DNA of 64,000 nucleotides, from the NCBI GenBank assembly GCA_043228905.1, contig JBHGNT010000010.1, positions 17,856,001 through 17,920,000 of the forward strand. Reading direction: 5' to 3'. The notes below the pieces were generated by a model, which saw nothing but the letters and a program-made list of their open reading frames with translations, searched no databases and was not told where the DNA came from. The DNA comes from Azolla caroliniana. Taxonomy: Eukaryota > Plantae > Polypodiophyta. This document shows positions 62,600-64,000 of the stretch, one piece after another (within the stretch, counting starts at the first letter, position 1; the number at the start of each line of letters is the position of its first letter). A program made the position numbers and the translations under genes.

Positions 62600-63446
62600 T
62601 CGTCGAGTTCATCTAATTATGTTGTACATTTTCTACTTGATGCGTTGAACCATTGAGGCTTTGTATGAGGAGAGTTCGTAACGGAAAGGGAAAGAGAAGG
62701 TGCTCATTCTTATCGGGTTCACCAAATTATGTCGTACAGTTCGTGCTTGATGCGTTGAACCGCCGAGGCTTTGTATGAGGAGAGTTCGTAACAAAAAGGG
62801 AGTGAGAACAACACGAACAAGAGATAGAGATCATGTATGATTCAAGAAGCAAGAGCATAAGGACAAACTTTATTATATTGAGAACACAAGATTTTACCGA
62901 AATTGCAGTGCTCGATAGAAAAGATAACACTTTATCTCTACCAAACTCCAACTCGAACTTTGAAAGACAAGACGCTTCCCAAATGTGCTATCTTGATTTA
63001 TTGTTTGATTGATTATCGTATTTGATCGATTGATTCCCTAATCGATTCACACCAATGCCTTGATAGTTCCGTTCCCTCTCTTTATATAGGTGCTCACATG
63101 CATATGATGTATGGTGCATGACATGCATACAATGCATGAAATGTATGTGATCTATGATCACCAAATCATATAACTATATTGACAATAATTATATAGAACG
63201 ACTTGTCTTAATGGTTTACACTTTATTCTTAACATAAAGGGTTGTATGTTCAAGCATCACAAATGTCACTTGATATAATATTTAGACATAACGGATAACT
63301 ATAATGATAAAAATTGTATAGAACAACTTGTCCTAATGGTTTACACTTATTCTTAATGTAAAGGGTTGTACGTTAAAGCCTCACAAATGTCACTTGATAT
63401 AATATTTGAGTTTGTTTTTATACCGTGAAGCAATTGTTTCACGACA
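62600..63446 (-). mobile_element. remnant gypsy C: 5' LTR (62730..63446) plus tRNA-Trp PBS (62713..62724), with a decayed duplicate of the PBS/LTR junction at about 62600..62700
   Basis: TCGGGTTCACCA-AATTA-TGTCGTAC...CACGACA followed by ACGT. Same TGTCGT/CGACA termini and PBS as elements A and B. Confidence 0.75.
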
Positions 63447-64000
63447 ACGTCAAAATTTTTCTCATGTTGTTGTGAAGAATAAACATTCAACCTTCTCTTC
63501 TTTTATAGAATCCCAACAACCTTTTGGCCTCAAGGTCTTCCATTGATAAAATTAAACTTGCACTCTTTGGTCATCAATTTGTCAGATGGCCAATAGATTT
63601 CTCGTGATTGTAGGAACATGAAAGACATTCTTTACACATTTTCCATGTCAAAATAGGTATGTCATATCATCACCCATCTCCATGCAAGTTATTTGGGTGT
63701 TTGTAGGTCGCAAAGCCATTCAATATGACTCATCATGTCATTGGATGGGTTCAAGTCCATGAACCACATGGACATGACCTATGCTTCACAATGAAAATGC
63801 CAATTCTAATTAGTGATTTGCGGACCTTTGGTGGAATTATTGCTTTTTTCATGGACACTTGTCACCCACCTTGACGTAGCCAAACCCAATCCTAAAATCC
63901 CTAAGTAAGCACACTAGGAAATGGTTAACCACTAAACCCAAATTTAACAAAAGGAGAGAAAGAACACCCAAAAAGTTTTATAAAAAAGGCCATATTTTCA

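Overview
AT-rich land-plant nuclear DNA, probably from a seed-free plant such as a fern (inferred from the gene and TE content, not proven). The left 39 kb holds four host genes: a DUF620/BDR-family gene (-), a greatly expanded AUF1/At5g46170-like F-box gene (-), a 7-exon UMP-CMP kinase (+), and a small 4-exon DnaJ-type CxxCxGxG zinc-finger gene (-) that the ORF track misses. Between them lie hAT-type MITEs, decayed L1 LINEs, tandem duplications and a 1.1-kb CATC satellite. The right 25 kb is a nest of LTR retrotransposons. A 5'-truncated Ty1/copia element is split by two full-length, mutually divergent Ty3/gypsy elements, and a remnant of a third related element lies at 62.6-63.4 kb. The most interesting signal is a set of traits shared by these gypsy elements: an 18-nt tRNA-Trp PBS, 4-bp target-site duplications centred on CpG (ACGT, CCGT, and an ACGT flank on the third element), a D-H-G protease motif, and a conserved -1 frameshift cassette (G_GAU_UUU, stop codon, H-type pseudoknot with compensatory changes) placed between protease and RT. 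All alignments and folds were done by eye; no database search was run.
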